Source: Octopus bimaculoides (lineage: Eukaryota). Taken from it: a DNA stretch of 64,000 nt. Position 1 is the first letter of the stretch, and each line of letters starts with the position of its first letter. The DNA lies in the NCBI RefSeq assembly GCF_001194135.2, contig NC_068982.1:172949192-173013191 (forward strand), given 5' to 3'. The translations under genes and the position numbers were made by a program. Shown piece after piece: positions 14,448-27,700 of the stretch. The notes under the pieces are model-generated. The model ran no database searches. It was not told the DNA's origin and saw only the letters and a list, made by a program, of their open reading frames with translations.

Positions 14448-14492
<45 letters not shown>

Positions 14493-14918
14493 TCCATACA
14501 TTGGCACAGGATCATAGTTTTGTTTTGGAAAGATATATTGGAATAAATCCATTCTAATAATGTATGTTGTACTTAGTACTTCTTTTATCGACTCTGGAGG
14601 TGAAGTCGATTCTGGTGCCACTCAGCAAAATGTTTAGTGTTCTTTCCCCTGCCCCCCCAACGATGCTTAGTAGATTAAACTGTGTGTGTGTATATATATA
14701 TATATATAATCTGGAATCTTGACGGCTAACTGACCAGGCCATTGGCAGCATGCAGTGCTGATATTACTTGTGATTGAACCACCGACTCTTAGTCCCCATA
14801 CTGATGGTTCCTAGATGCCGTATTGATAGTGATTTAGCATAAAATATGTGTACATTAAAATAGATAATTAAAAGCTCTACGCAAATGTAAGGTAAACTTA
14901 CGGGCACGTATTAGTAAA

Positions 14919-16169
14919 CACGGATCTAGTCTTTCTCATTCGCAAAATGAACCCCCTCCTCACTTTAATTTTGCTCAGATTGTTTTTCAATTTTGGTTTA
15001 TCGATGCAACTCTGAAGTTTGATTGCGATCAACCAATTACTTTATCTCGTAAATTAAAGAATCTTATGTAATTTGGAATTAAAGTTGGGTAATTTTAGCC
15101 AATCAACAGACAGCGTGGCATTAGCAGCTTGTTACCATGACGAACACACGCTGTGTTGTGCGGTTCACTGTTGTCTGTGCCGATTTCACCCGCGTGTTTT
15201 GTTTTAATTTTTCTGTGTGTTAGTATATTACATATTTTTCTGTGCTTCTGTGTGTTAGTATTTTTTACATATTTTCCATTTCATATATTTTTGGATTTCA
15301 CTGACTCATAGCTGGATTTCTGATTTCACTAGTTCAATTCTTTTCATAAAAATTTAAATTAGGAGTATTTCTTAAACCGTTAGCTTTACATTTCAACAGC
15401 TTAACTGAAATTTAGCCCACGTAACAGGAACTGAGAGGGATATCGTGGAACAGAGGAACTGTGGATGATACAGATAATTTGACATTATTTTTGAATCCTG
15501 CATGCAAAAACATAGGAGACAGGAATTCTTTTCCTTGGGACAAATTCTTTGACCAATGTTATTCTTATCGTAGTTTACAAATCCAAGCGTGAAAACGTTA
15601 CCCAACTTTGGAGTTTTCGAGACAGACGCCCCCTTTTCACCCCCCACCCACACACACGCGCGCGCGCGCACGCACGCACTTATATATTAATGGTGTACGT
15701 AAATACATGGCAGGTATACATAATACTGAAGTACGCATTAAGTAAACACATGCAGACAAATATAATATAACAAATTTTTTTAAATGGTAAAAACATACAA
15801 TCAGCGAAGTGACAAAAGGAACAGTAAGATGATACATGTTAATTTTATTAGGTATTTCTGTTTATTTAGAAACGTACAATGAACAGGTCAGACGCTAAAT
15901 TATAAATTTCACAGGGTACAGCCCTAAAGTTGACACCGCTCCGCTAAACGCAAAAAATTTGTCTCGCTATTGGCTGAAAATACCCAGTTTTTTTTCTTTC
16001 GATCTTTAAACCTCTGTAACTTTTTTCTCCAATTTTTTTTCTCTCCACAACACCATACCTTCAAGGCAATGAGACTGGAAGGATACAGTATTATAGCCGA
16101 TTTTCAGAGCTTTTATTTCCTTTTAAAAAATGCATATTTTGCGAATGAAAAAAAAAAGCTAGATCCGTG
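14919..16169. mobile_element. Non-autonomous DNA transposon remnant with long degenerate inverted ends (superfamily unassigned)
   Basis: Three colinear inverted blocks: CACGGATCTAG (14919-14929 / 16159-16169), TCATTCGCAAAAT (14936-14948 / 16136-16148) and TGGGTAATTTTAGCCAAT (15086-15103 / 15969-15986, 16/18). Confidence 0.55.
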
Positions 16170-16391
16170 GTTAAAACGCGTTTTCTTTCTCTGTACACTC
16201 TAGTTTTAAAGTTTGTTACCATTTCATCGAGGATGGGTTTTAATGTTTATCACACATTACACCAACAATCGGTTTCTGTCCACAGAGAGAATAGTAGTGC
16301 TTGTGTACTGCACTGAGTACAAAGTCGGACAGAACTAGATAAGTCTACTTCAGTTATAACCCTATTATATTCTTAGTGTTCTAGAAAATAA

Positions 16392-16443
16392 GAACCGATC
16401 CCTGACGAAGTGGAAATTATCACTGAAACTAGCCAAGGCGATC
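16392..16443 (+). ncRNA. Decayed minimal type I hammerhead ribozyme (Penelope-like element type)
   Basis: CTGACGA (16402-16408), stem II AGTG/CACT with 8-nt loop, GAAA, palindromic CTAG, then CC where TC is expected. Stem I is only partly complementary (GATCC vs AAGGCGATC). Confidence 0.5.
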
Positions 16444-18023
16444 TCTTTTTCCTGCTACAGTATCAAATTTTTTTCCTGCTAGGCTGGTGTGCACGGTTTT
16501 CGATTAAATTTTCATGTAGCCAAGTTGAATCAGACTGAAAGGTGAAGAACCAGTTGATTTTGATGGAGTAGGTGAGTTGTGTGTGAGGGCAAAAGTATTC
16601 AGCTAAGTTGGGAATGGACTTTGCTGCTGCTGCATGTTAATTGAATGCTTATGGTGTGTATGTCTGCGTGTTCGGTGGGATGGATGCTGGTTTTTCATGG
16701 TGGTGGTGGTGGTGAGGAGGAGGTGGATTACGATTAAGCTTTTGACCCAATTAACAACTAAGCAATATTATAACAACAACTTGCCTTCTCACACAGAAGT
16801 GCCATGTCAGCAGTGCTTGCTGCTTGTGCCCTCGCCACACCGCCACCACTGTTTTCGTGTTCTTGATATTGTAGTAGGCAGATCGGCGGTGGAGCGGGGT
16901 TTGGATTAAACTTTTATAAAGGGATTATTTTCATTCTCAGCTTCTTTCTCCCGCCCCACCGTTCCCCTTCCCTCATATTTTTTCGTCGTTACTGCAGTTG
17001 TTTAGCTCTCAGGTAAGCGCTGATTGAGTAGATCAACGAACGATCAATGACCTTCCAGTCGTAACCATCACGTCTTTTCATATATCTAAAGAGACTACAA
17101 TATCCAATGTAACCTTCCTTTTTATTGTGTGTGTGTGTCTTGAAGATGATAGAGGGCGAGTTGTGAGAGATTAGGTTGATATTTCTAGCAGGTCGCTTGA
17201 CCGCTCTGCAACTGCAACTGGTGTTCACAACAATAGTAATTGTTGTTTCGACTTAGATCAACTCTGCTCCAACATACCTAAGATAAAAGGCGTTCCAGTT
17301 GTGACCATGTCGTCTTTTTAAGTTTGAAGGAGTACTTTATCATGTATTTTATTTTTTTATTTTTGTGGGGTTTTTTATGTGGTTTTTAAAATTTTTATTT
17401 TTGTGGGTTTTTTTAATGAGAAGATTTGGCTGTTAATTCTAGCATGTTCTATAACTTACAGTGAGGTCCCCTAATTGGCTACTTGACGAAGATCTATAAT
17501 CGAAACTATTCAACACATGAAAAATCTTTTATTTTTCAAGATTAGTGTACCTCGAACTATATTATTCAGTGTCCCTTTCTAAGACAAGTGAAGTTTAGGG
17601 GATATTTGGTGGCTAAATTGTGAGACCTCGAAGATGGTTTCATCTACACTTGGACCTAACGAGGAGCTTGGTGCTGCTTCTCTTTTGAATACGAGTACAT
17701 CAAATATCATGTAGCATAAATTGATTTATTAAAATTACCTCCGCCTCCATAATTACCAAAATGGGAATTAAGACTAGGTTACTCCGAGGAAGGAAGATAA
17801 TAACGAATTCTCCAAAATTGATATGCCGTCAAGGAAAAGGTCAGGCTTATTGTCTGGAGACAAGAAGACAGTTTTGGACAAGAGGCGCCATCGGCACAGC
17901 CTCGGGATGGGGACATATGGCATTTATGGGACTAGGTATTTGCATTAATTTATCAAAAAACGATTCGCTTGCGTACTGTTCCATCTCCCTAATACGCTAA
18001 AAACATATTTGCCTTTTATGTGA

Positions 18024-18190
18024 GTAGGAGTGGCTGTCTGGTAAGTAGCTTGCTTACCAACAATAGGGTCCCGGATTCAGTCCCACTGCGTGGCACCTTG
18101 GGCAAGTGTCTTCCACTATAGCTTCGGGCCGACCAAAGCCTTGTGAGTGGATTTGGTAGACGGAAACTGAAAGAAGACCGTCGTATATAT
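18024..18190 (+). mobile_element. SINE family B head+core running into a gap
   Basis: Near-consensus head and core; the gap begins at the internal microsatellite. Confidence 0.8.
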
Positions 18191-18985
18191 NNNNNNNNNN
18201 NNNNNNNNNNNNNNNNNNNNNNNNNNNNNNNNNNNNNNNNNNNNNNNNNNNNNNNNNNNNNNNNNNNNNNNNNNNNNNNNNNNNNNNNNNNNNNNNNNNN
18301 NNNNNNNNNNNNNNNNNNNNNNNNNNNNNNNNNNNNNNNNNNNNNNNNNNNNNNNNNNNNNNNNNNNNNNNNNNNNNNNNNNNNNNNNNNNNNNNNNNNN
18401 NNNNNNNNNNNNNNNNNNNNNNNNNNNNNNNNNNNNNNNNNNNNNNNNNNNNNNNNNNNNNNNNNNNNNNNNNNNNNNNNNNNNNNNNNNNNNNNNNNNN
18501 NNNNNNNNNNNNNNNNNNNNNNNNNNNNNNNNNNNNNNNNNNNNNNNNNNNNNNNNNNNNNNNNNNNNNNNNNNNNNNNNNNNNNNNNNNNNNNNNNNNN
18601 NNNNNNNNNNNNNNNNNNNNNNNNNNNNNNNNNNNNNNNNNNNNNNNNNNNNNNNNNNNNNNNNNNNNNNNNNNNNNNNNNNNNNNNNGGTGGTGGTGGT
18701 GGTGGTGGTGGTTGTCATCTTTCTCTAGATTTTTTGATTTGATATAAGTAGGGAGCTTAGCTGAGTAATTCCTATGTTTTTCCTCTCCTAATTATTTTAG
18801 TTTAGTTCAGTTTTAATTAAAATGAAACAAAAGCTGATTGATCTTCAGATTCAACATCAAAGGACGACATCCTACAAATCGTATTCAAATTCATCTCCCT
18901 ACTTGGCAAACAACTCTACATGCATGTCCAGCTTCTCTCACTCTCTTCTCCTTTCTGTTTTTCTTTTCTTTCTTCTCTATCCACT

Positions 18986-19016
<31 letters not shown>

Positions 19017-19577
19017 AACTGGTGCTCTATTTATGACGACAATATGCAGACGTATGCATGTTTGTATGCATATGTATGTACTTACGTGTGTGTATAGGCG
19101 TGTATGTTTACACATGAACTCTCACACACTTACGTTTGTGTGTGTGTGTGCGTATGTATGTATATATATATATATATATNNNNNNNNNNNNNNNNNNNNN
19201 NNNNNNNNNNNNNNNNNNNNNNNNNNNNNNNNNNNNNNNNNNNNNNNNNNNNNNNNNNNNNNNNNNNNNNNNNNNNNNNNNNNNNNNNNNNNNNNNNNNN
19301 NNNNNNNNNNNNNNNNNNNNNNNNNNNNNNNNNNNNNNNNNNNNNNNNNNNNNNNNNNNNNNNNNNNNNNNNNNNNNNNNNNNNNNNNNNNNNNNNNNNN
19401 NNNNNNNNNNNNNNNNNNNNNNNNNNNTTTTATATATACACACGCTTAATACACGACCCATGTTATATTCCCCATCCATGTTATAACCACATCCGCGGCA
19501 AAACTAGTCGGTATACAACACATACTCGGTAGTACCTGTATCTTTAGGGTCTGGTTGACTCCATTACCCTTCATAAC

Positions 19578-19637
<60 letters not shown>

Positions 19638-20110
19638 GTATACGCTTAATTATTGGTGCTTTCAAATGTTACGCGTGTGTGTGTGTTTCAGATTCGGTTC
19701 CACTGCACAGCATCTTCCCAATATTAGCCTCGGGTTGACCAGTATCCCGTGACTGAAAACTTTGCAAAACAGAAATATTGTGTGTATTTGGTGTTTTGTT
19801 TCTTTTTATGTCCCCTAACCTTGCGCTTCGGTAAATTGTATCGATAAAAAAAAAGTACTAGGTTGAAATAATTACTAATGGTTAATACAGTTCTATTTTT
19901 GAGAGATGAGGAATTATGTACATTTACATTTGACGGATATTTGTCCTCTGGAAAATACGAAAACTAAAAGAAGCAGCACATATGCTAGGACATAATAACC
20001 TCCTAAGCAGACCTAGTGCAGATATGAGTAGCATATGGGAACTGGTATTAAGGAAGGATAGGAAAATATTAGATTTATAAGCCCTAAAATTCACTCCATA
20101 ATTGCCCCTC

Positions 20111-20200
20111 GGGCATATGACGTAGTGGTTTAGAGCGCGGGCTATTAACCGCAACTTCCGAGCCCGATTCCAGGCAGTGACGTGAATAATAATAATAATT
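20111..20200 (+). mobile_element. Short tRNA-like retroposon (pseudo-tRNA + (AAT)n tail)
   Basis: GACGTAGTGG A-box-like and CCGAGCCCGATTCC degenerate B-box; no pairing acceptor stem. Confidence 0.55.
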
Positions 20201-20354
20201 AATTCGGACAAAGACAGGACGAAGGTTACAAGAGGTTTTGTCCGAAAAGGTAGGGAAGTTCGTCTAAACAGGGGAAGAAAACGGAGAAAGATATAATAAA
20301 TAAATAGTGAATAATAATAATAGGCTGGAGAGTATATCAGCCGAAACCTTACGT

Positions 20355-20576
20355 CGCGGCCTGGCCAACTAGAATTACATTGCGGGCCACTTTAATCGCA
20401 TAAGTTTCTTGAGGGCCGCTTGTATACTGACAGAATTGAAAGCATTCTGCTTTCTCATGCTATTATTACAATAATGAATGAATGAATGATCGTTTATTAA
20501 ACCCATTTCAAGAAACTATCAAGCGGACCGCAAGATTAAAGCCTGCAGGCTGCGGGCTTCAGGTTGGCCAGCCCTG
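20355..20576. mobile_element. Degenerate hAT-type MITE
   Basis: CTGGCCAAC / GTTGGCCAGCCCTG termini and GCGGGCC-like subterminal motifs; no TSD recovered. Confidence 0.5.
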
Positions 20577-21328
20577 CTTTTCACTGTATATGTATGTATG
20601 GGATCTTTTCCATCTCAAGCACATACTTTTTGATTAAATTTTAAAAACTAAACAGATTGAGATGGAAAAGATCCTATGTATGTATGTATGCATGCATGGA
20701 CGCACATCTGCGTTAAGTGTGGCTGCGTGAGTAAGAAGCTACTTCCCAACCATGTGATCGTATGTTCAGTCCCAATATGCGAAACCTTGTAAGTGGGTTT
20801 GATAGGCGCAAATTGAAAGACGTCCATTGTGTGTTTTGCGTTTGTCTCCCACCCCCGCTGCTTGACAACCGGTGTTAGTTTGTTTACGTCCCCGCAAATT
20901 AACGTTTCGGCAAACGGGACGGATATTGGGGGGGGGGGCGATTTGTTCGATGAAACAAAAAATAAAAGATAACGCAAGCATGTGGGCCGAAGAAGAAATT
21001 AACCAAAATTACGCATATAATGAAAAGAAGTNNNNNNNNNNNNNNNNNNNNNNNNNNNNNNNNNNNNNNNNNNNNNNNNNNNNNNNNNNNNNNNNNNNNN
21101 NNNNNNNNNNNNNNNNNNNNNNNNNNNNNNNNNNNNNNNNNNNNNNNNNNNNNNNNNNNNNNNNNNNNNNNNNNNNNNNNNNNNNNNNNNNNNNNNNNNN
21201 NNNNNNNNNNNNNNNNNNNNNNNNNNNNNNNNNNNNNNNNNNNNNNNNNNNNNNNNNNNNNNNNNNNNNNNNNNNNNNNNNNNNNNNNNNNNNNNNNNNN
21301 NNNNNNNNNNNNNNNNNNNNNNNNNNNN

Positions 21329-21602
21329 GTGTACCCTTAACGTAGTTCTCGGGGATATTCAGCGTGACACAGTGTGACAAGGCTGACCCTTTGAATTACA
21401 GGCACAACAGAAACAGGAAGTAAGAGTGAGAGAAAGTTGTGGTGAAAGAGTACAGCAGGGTTCGCCAACACCCCCTGCCGGAGCCTCGTGGAGTTTTAGG
21501 TGTTTTCGCTCAATAAACACTCACAACACCCGGTCTGGGAATCGAAACCGCGATCCTATGACCGTGAGTCCGCTGCCTTAACCAATGGGCCATTGCGTCT
21601 CC
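21329..21602 (-). mobile_element. SINE family C, 3' part in gap
   Basis: Highly similar to 34389-34650; its head retains a segment deleted in the 34.4-kb copy. Confidence 0.88.
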
Positions 21603-22129
21603 ACACTGGCGGAATCATTCAAGCACCGGGTAAAATGTCTTACGGTGCTTCTTTTACGACCTTCTACGCTCTGATATTACGCTGCGGTCATCTTAACCCT
21701 CTACCCTACCGGAATCGATAACTTACCGTACCGTTCAAGAACTGGAATCGACTTAATCGGTTATTCTCCTCTTCCAAAATGTATGGCCGTGTGTTGTGCT
21801 TACCATTGAAAGCAATGTTTGATATGCTCCCTCCACCCCAAAAATAATAAATATATATAAAAAAACAAAAGATTTAAAAATTCAAAATAGTCTTGATTAA
21901 AATTTTTAAATATCACATATTTGCATGTTGGTATGTGTGTGTGTATGCATTTATATTTATACGTATGCGGTGTGTGAATTTGTTGTGTATGTCTATAATG
22001 TGTGTTATGTGGGTGTGCGTGTCATTTTAAAAACCTGATATATATATATACACAAACATAACATGCTTTTAAAATTGCATATTCTATGTACGGATATGGA
22101 AATGAACAGAAACGGGATACTCATTTTCC

Positions 22130-22179
<50 letters not shown>

Positions 22180-22335
22180 TATTGACACTTCGTCACCTAC
22201 ATAATTTTGAGGTGTGGGTGTGTTCTTAAAGAACATTTTCTATTTGTGGAGCGTAAAGTATAAAATATAATCCGTACCGCAGCCCTTGCTATAATCTTGG
22301 TCCTGTTTCCTTTAATATTCCTCTTACCCCACCTC

Positions 22336-22370
<35 letters not shown>

Positions 22371-22739
22371 CGTACCACCTCTTCTACGCCGTCGCCAGCT
22401 CCCCGCTTCTTTCAACTAGAATCAAAGTAAGCCAAGGTTGTCTTCAAAACCTGCTGAAAATATAGAAGAAAACCGATGCTGCATCAACTTTCCCACCGAC
22501 CACCGCCATTATCCGCGCTACCCTCCTCCCCCGTACTGCCTCCGATACTGTCGAGGTTAATTCAACTACTGCGGTTATCACCATTGTTATTACTATGAGC
22601 GTCAGAAATATTACCACCACCACCGCCATTAATACTTCCGACACCACCACCACCACCACTACCTTCTGTTTCAGCATACTATCATTTCATTCATTACCAC
22701 CACCAACACCATTTCTATCAGCTGCATCCCCACCTACCT

Positions 22740-22770
<31 letters not shown>

Positions 22771-23305
22771 CTGTGCCCCCCTCGGTCCTTTCCTCACCCC
22801 TTCCCCCTTCCAATACATCTTGTGCTATCAGCAGAAAAATCAAATGTTGTTACCGTTATCGATTTAGTCTCCAAGAATAATCTTGCAATCACTGCACAGT
22901 TTTTATAGCCTGGATCTATACCGATCAGCAGCAAAAACAGACAGGCAAGGCAGGCAATGTGCAGCGTAGATGTGACTGACTGCACAGTGGTGGTGATGGT
23001 AGTAGTAGTAGCAGCAGCAACAGCAGCAGCAATTGTTGTGGTGGTGGTCGTGGTGGTAGTAGCAGTTGTGGGAGCCGTGTTCGCTTTCAGCGTTCGAGCA
23101 CCCTCTCTCTCTCTCTCTTTCAGGGACTTCGATAATGGCTACATAAAGTAACTGTTAAGTACTCCGACTAGTGAGTCTCAAATTTCATTGACTGAACCTA
23201 AAGAAATCCGTCGCTAACTATATTTCTACCCGTCTATAAATGAATAAAGTTTAGTGCAAAATGTCACCATATGCTTCTGTTGTGAATGATGATTATTATT
23301 ATTAA

Positions 23306-23350
<45 letters not shown>

Positions 23351-23435
23351 CATCATTAAGATGGTCTTCATTATTATGATCATCGTTGTCGCTTCACCCC
23401 ACCGACTTCCACTTTCGGGGCTTGTTCCTATATAT

Positions 23436-23829
23436 TTTTATTTGTTTTAGTCATTTGACTGCGGCCATGCTGGAGGAACCGCCTTGAAGGATTTTAGTCG
23501 AACAAATTGACACCAGGACCTTTTTTTTTTTCTTCTTCTTCAAACCTAGTACTTATTCTATGGGTTTCTTTTGCCGAACCGATAAATTACGGGGAACATA
23601 AATACACCAACACCGGTTGTCAATCGGTGGTGGAAGGCAAACACAGACACAATGACACACGCACACACACATAGAGATACATAGGCTTCTTTCAGTTTCT
23701 GTCTACCAAATCCGCTTGCAAGGCTTTAGTCTGCCTGAGGCAATAGTAGAAGACACATGCTCAAGGTGCCATGCAGTGGGACTGAAGTCGGAACCATGTG
23801 GTTGAGAAGCAAGCTTCTTACCACACAGC
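23436..23829 (-). mobile_element. SINE family B, full length
   Basis: Tail, internal CA tract, core and head in order. Confidence 0.8.
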
Positions 23830-23931
23830 TACAAGAATTATTATTCAACTCTATATTGGTGCAATGAGGAATTTATATTATGTGTATTGTTCATATTAGC
23901 CTGCCCGGTTTTCCATCTTGATTGTTGCTTT

Positions 23932-23960
23932 CACCATATTTCGGTTCCAACCGTCTTCAT
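23932..23960 (-). ncRNA. Decayed hammerhead-like core, same pLTR family as 24384
   Basis: Minus strand reads ATGAAGA-C-GGTT-GG-AACC-GAAA-TATG-GTG, followed by the shared tail AAAGCAACAATCAAGATG. C3 and the cleavage-site base are substituted. Confidence 0.4.
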
Positions 23961-24383
23961 TGTTTTGTGATTGACATTAACATTTCTTATTTTAATTTTA
24001 CCACACAACATTAAGTCTACCTATCACCCAATATTAAGTTTATCAAGTCTGTATTTCCGAGATGAGCAATTTATTTTACGTACATTATTTACATAAGCCG
24101 GACTGGTGTCCTCATCTTGGTTGTTGCTTTCGGCTGTTGTTCGCATAGCGTACTAGAGACGGGCGTTGGTTAATGCATTGCAGTCGTCAAGAGGTTCTGA
24201 GTTCAATCCTAGGTAAGGCACTAAAGTGAATTCACATACAAAAAAAAAAAAGAAAAAAAAAGATCAACTGATGCGGAAAATGTCACGAAACCCCCGAGAG
24301 CTAGATGAGAACAGTGTACCCCATAGATCAAAATAAAGGGTTAGGTTCGAAGTTCCGATACAACAACCTAGTTCAACACAAGG

Positions 24384-24425
24384 CACCTGAAGAAGGCTGG
24401 AGACTACAACAGTTGAAATGTAGCG
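24384..24425 (+). ncRNA. Decayed minimal hammerhead ribozyme in a Penelope-like pLTR remnant
   Basis: CAC-CTGAAGA-A-GGCTG-(10 nt)-CAGTT-GAAA-TGTA-GCG. Related sequence at 20323-20347 (GGCTG...CAGCC GAAAC) and on the minus strand at 23890-23960 and 24098-24140. Confidence 0.5.
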
Positions 24426-25959
24426 AAGTACCGATCATGATGAGGACACTAGTCCAATTAAAGTAAATAGTGTACAGAATTAATATTTAAGTTGGTGGAT
24501 TGGTGGAATCGTTATTATCGAATAAGTTGCGGCGTTTTGTTCTTGCTCTTTATTTTCTGAGTTGGAATAGTCTCTCCTCAGAGGGTGACTTTACCTTTCA
24601 TTCCTCGTGTGGATGGGTGGGTTGGGAGAGGTGAGGTAAAATATACTACAGGCCCATGAGCAATATATTCTTATGTTCATAAGAGTTCTCTCTTTCCTTC
24701 TTAGCATAGAAGAAATTTTGTGATTGTATGTACCTTAATCATCTCGCTACGCCTTTGGTATGACTTGTTGATGTCACTAAAAATAGTGTAGTTTAAAAAA
24801 TTTATTTATTTAGTTTTTTCTGTTACGTATAAGCGTTTCCCACTCGTGGCCTCAAGTGGGTGAAATTAGTAAGCAAGTATACACTCCTCCGACATATTCT
24901 CAGAACGTTTGTAGCAGGAGGGGGACTGAGGCGTAGCAACATCAACCTTTCATAACATTAAGTAACCAATTATAGCAAAGCAGTTTCTGACTGATGTCCC
25001 ACCCACTCGTCTTCTCCGCTGCGACCTCCAGTGTTTATAATTAAGATTTCAAGTACAAGCATTACAAGACTTACACATTTTGGAACTGAAGTGTACAGTC
25101 GACGTAATCGATTCCGTTATTTGACTGTTGTTATATTTTATAATTCCTAAGAGAGTACAAAGCAAAATATACCATTGTGAGAGATTTGAACTAAGAATTT
25201 CGATTCTTCATCTCCACTCTTCTTGAGTTAATCCAAGGACTTTCGCTTCTATAAAGACTCTTGTCTTGTTTAAAATGTCACATCCTGATGTCGGTGGGAT
25301 GGAATTTTTAAAAAAATGAAGAAAAAGAAAAGATAGGCACGTTAGTTAATGTTGTAATAAATACAGAATGCCTGAAAAATATGGCTGGGAAAATAACGTT
25401 ATGGTTAATATTCATTTCTTGGTCATAGGTTTTGCTGGATCGGAGTTGATCTAGGGCGAAACGACTGTAACGAATCTTCAAAATTACAAATATTCTCATT
25501 AATTCTTACCAACTTTAAGGCACCGCCTAGATTCTCCAGTGATATTTGTCACTGACAAGTTAAAAACTAAACTATAATCACATGAAACGTAGTAAATATT
25601 TTAAACTTTGCTGTTTACTGAAATATATAAAGAGAAGAATGATTTGAACAATGTTAGAAGAGGTAGTTTAATCATTCAAGGGAGGTTACTCAGTCTGCAA
25701 GTGTTTGCTGAAGTTGTGGATTATCTCCACTTGATTTTTGCTTTGTCTAAATTGCTTACTCGCCAATATAGTGATGGAAATTTTAATCTTATTTTATCAT
25801 CACCGAACTTTGCTCTACGTTATTACGTGTAAAACTGTTGACAAGTTACCTTATCATTCGTCGAATATAAACAGAGAAATATTTTACCAACATTTCAACA
25901 ACTTGAATGTATATGTTCACATTTATTTGCGTGAGCGTTGGACGAGATTGTCAACTTAT

Positions 25960-26131
25960 CGAGCTGGCAGAATCGTAAAAGTCGTCAGATAAAATGCTGA
26001 GCGGTATTTCATCCGACTCTTTACATCCTGATAAATTAAAATACCAGTCAAGTATAATATCAGTCATGATATCGACTAAACCCGCCCTTAAAATTTCAGG
26101 CCTTGTAACCACATTAAAAATAACAACAGCT

Positions 26132-26169
<38 letters not shown>

Positions 26170-26377
26170 CCTTTCTACAATAGGCACACGGCTTGAAATT
26201 TGGGGGAGGAGTTTAGTCGATTACATCGACCCCAGTACTCAGCTGGTATTTTATCGACTCCCGAAAGGATGAAAGGCGAAGTCGACTTCGGTGGAATTTG
26301 AACTCAGAACGCAAAACGGAAGAAATGCTGTTAAGCATTTTGTCCGGCGTGCTAACAATATTGCCAGCTCGCCACCC

Positions 26378-26409
<32 letters not shown>

Positions 26410-26756
26410 CCTTTCTACTAAAGGCACAAGGTCTGGAATTTGTGGAGAGGGGACTAGTCGACCTCAGTGCGTAACTGGTACTTATTTCATCAACTCCGAA
26501 AGGATGAAAGGTAAAATCGACCTCGGCGGAATTTGAACTCAGAACGAAGCATTTCCTTCAGCCGAATAAAATGTTTAGCAGCATTTCCTCCGGCTCGTTA
26601 CGTTCTGTGTTCAAATCCCAATCAAAGCAGCTTTCTCTTTCATCCTTTCATAGTCGATAAAACAAGTACCAGGTGGGCACGGGGTCGATGTAATCGATCA
26701 GCCCACGCCTCACACACAAAATGTCAGGCTTTGTGCCTATAGTGGAAAGAATTACT
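25960..26756. mobile_element. Cluster of four SINE family A copies (+, -, -, +)
   Basis: Approximately 25960-26125 (+, internally deleted), 26133-26376 (-), 26379-26550 (-, truncated) and 26569-26756 (+), joined by (AAT)n tracts. Confidence 0.8.
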
Positions 26757-27700
26757 TCTATCATTATTGTTGATCTCTTAATTTTTTTTCTCACCTCATT
26801 TTGGCAGCAAAACATACAATATTGTCTTCCAGTTATTAATTAGCTTGGCTATATTCTATTAATTAGGTTTACTATATTAACCATGTCGCTAAGTGGTTGT
26901 TGTAAGTGATGTGTAATGCAATATGGTTTTAATTAGCTTGTAAATTTAATATGGTTTAGTAGATTTACTTCCTAACATAATCCTTATCCGAGTTAATGTT
27001 TCTTTGCAGTCCAAAAATAAAACAAAGAAAAATAATGATATTAAAGGAGATAGAACACCCTTTTGACGCCAAAAATATCTAGTGTATGTGTATGTGTGTG
27101 TGTGTATGTTCCACTGTTTCTCTGTGTATGAAAGTGTGGCTCTACGATGCTACCTTTCTTTCTGTGTTTGTATGTGTGTGACGAAGAGAAAAATTAAGTG
27201 GATTAGCAACCAGTAAAAAAGAAAAAAAGGAAAAGTATTTAAAATAATAATTGACCAAAGGGATTAGATAAATGCTCTTTTATTTCTGGTGGGTGGGGGT
27301 AGGTTATGAAGTTGATGGTGGTAGAGGAGGAGGTTTCATCGCTTAATCTTTTCGGTTTTTCCCAGTCAGCATTATCTCTCGTTCACTTAGTTAACTAGGT
27401 CGTGGCTGCAGTTTGTCCTTCTGCTCTAGTTATTATTGGTGAATGATCCTGTTGATAGGCGATTAGCATTGCATTAACCTATATTTTCCTGGACGGCAGT
27501 CACCATTCATAAGGGAGCTAACTCTGAGAAAGAAAATTATTTTTAATCTTTTCCTTTTTTCTTCCTCTCTCTCTGCTTTTTGTTGGAAGAGGAAGAGGTG
27601 GATGGCGAACTATGTAGAAAGACGGACTAGAGTTTAACGTTCCGAGTTCACATTACGCCAAAGTCCAGTTTACCCCGTGTCCTGCTGTAATTGATATATA

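Noticed and set aside
25600-25800. Minus-strand HYIGE.../SKHL hints of a Penelope GIY-YIG endonuclease
   Set aside because: Multiple stops and frameshifts leave only four-residue motifs; needs tblastn to support.
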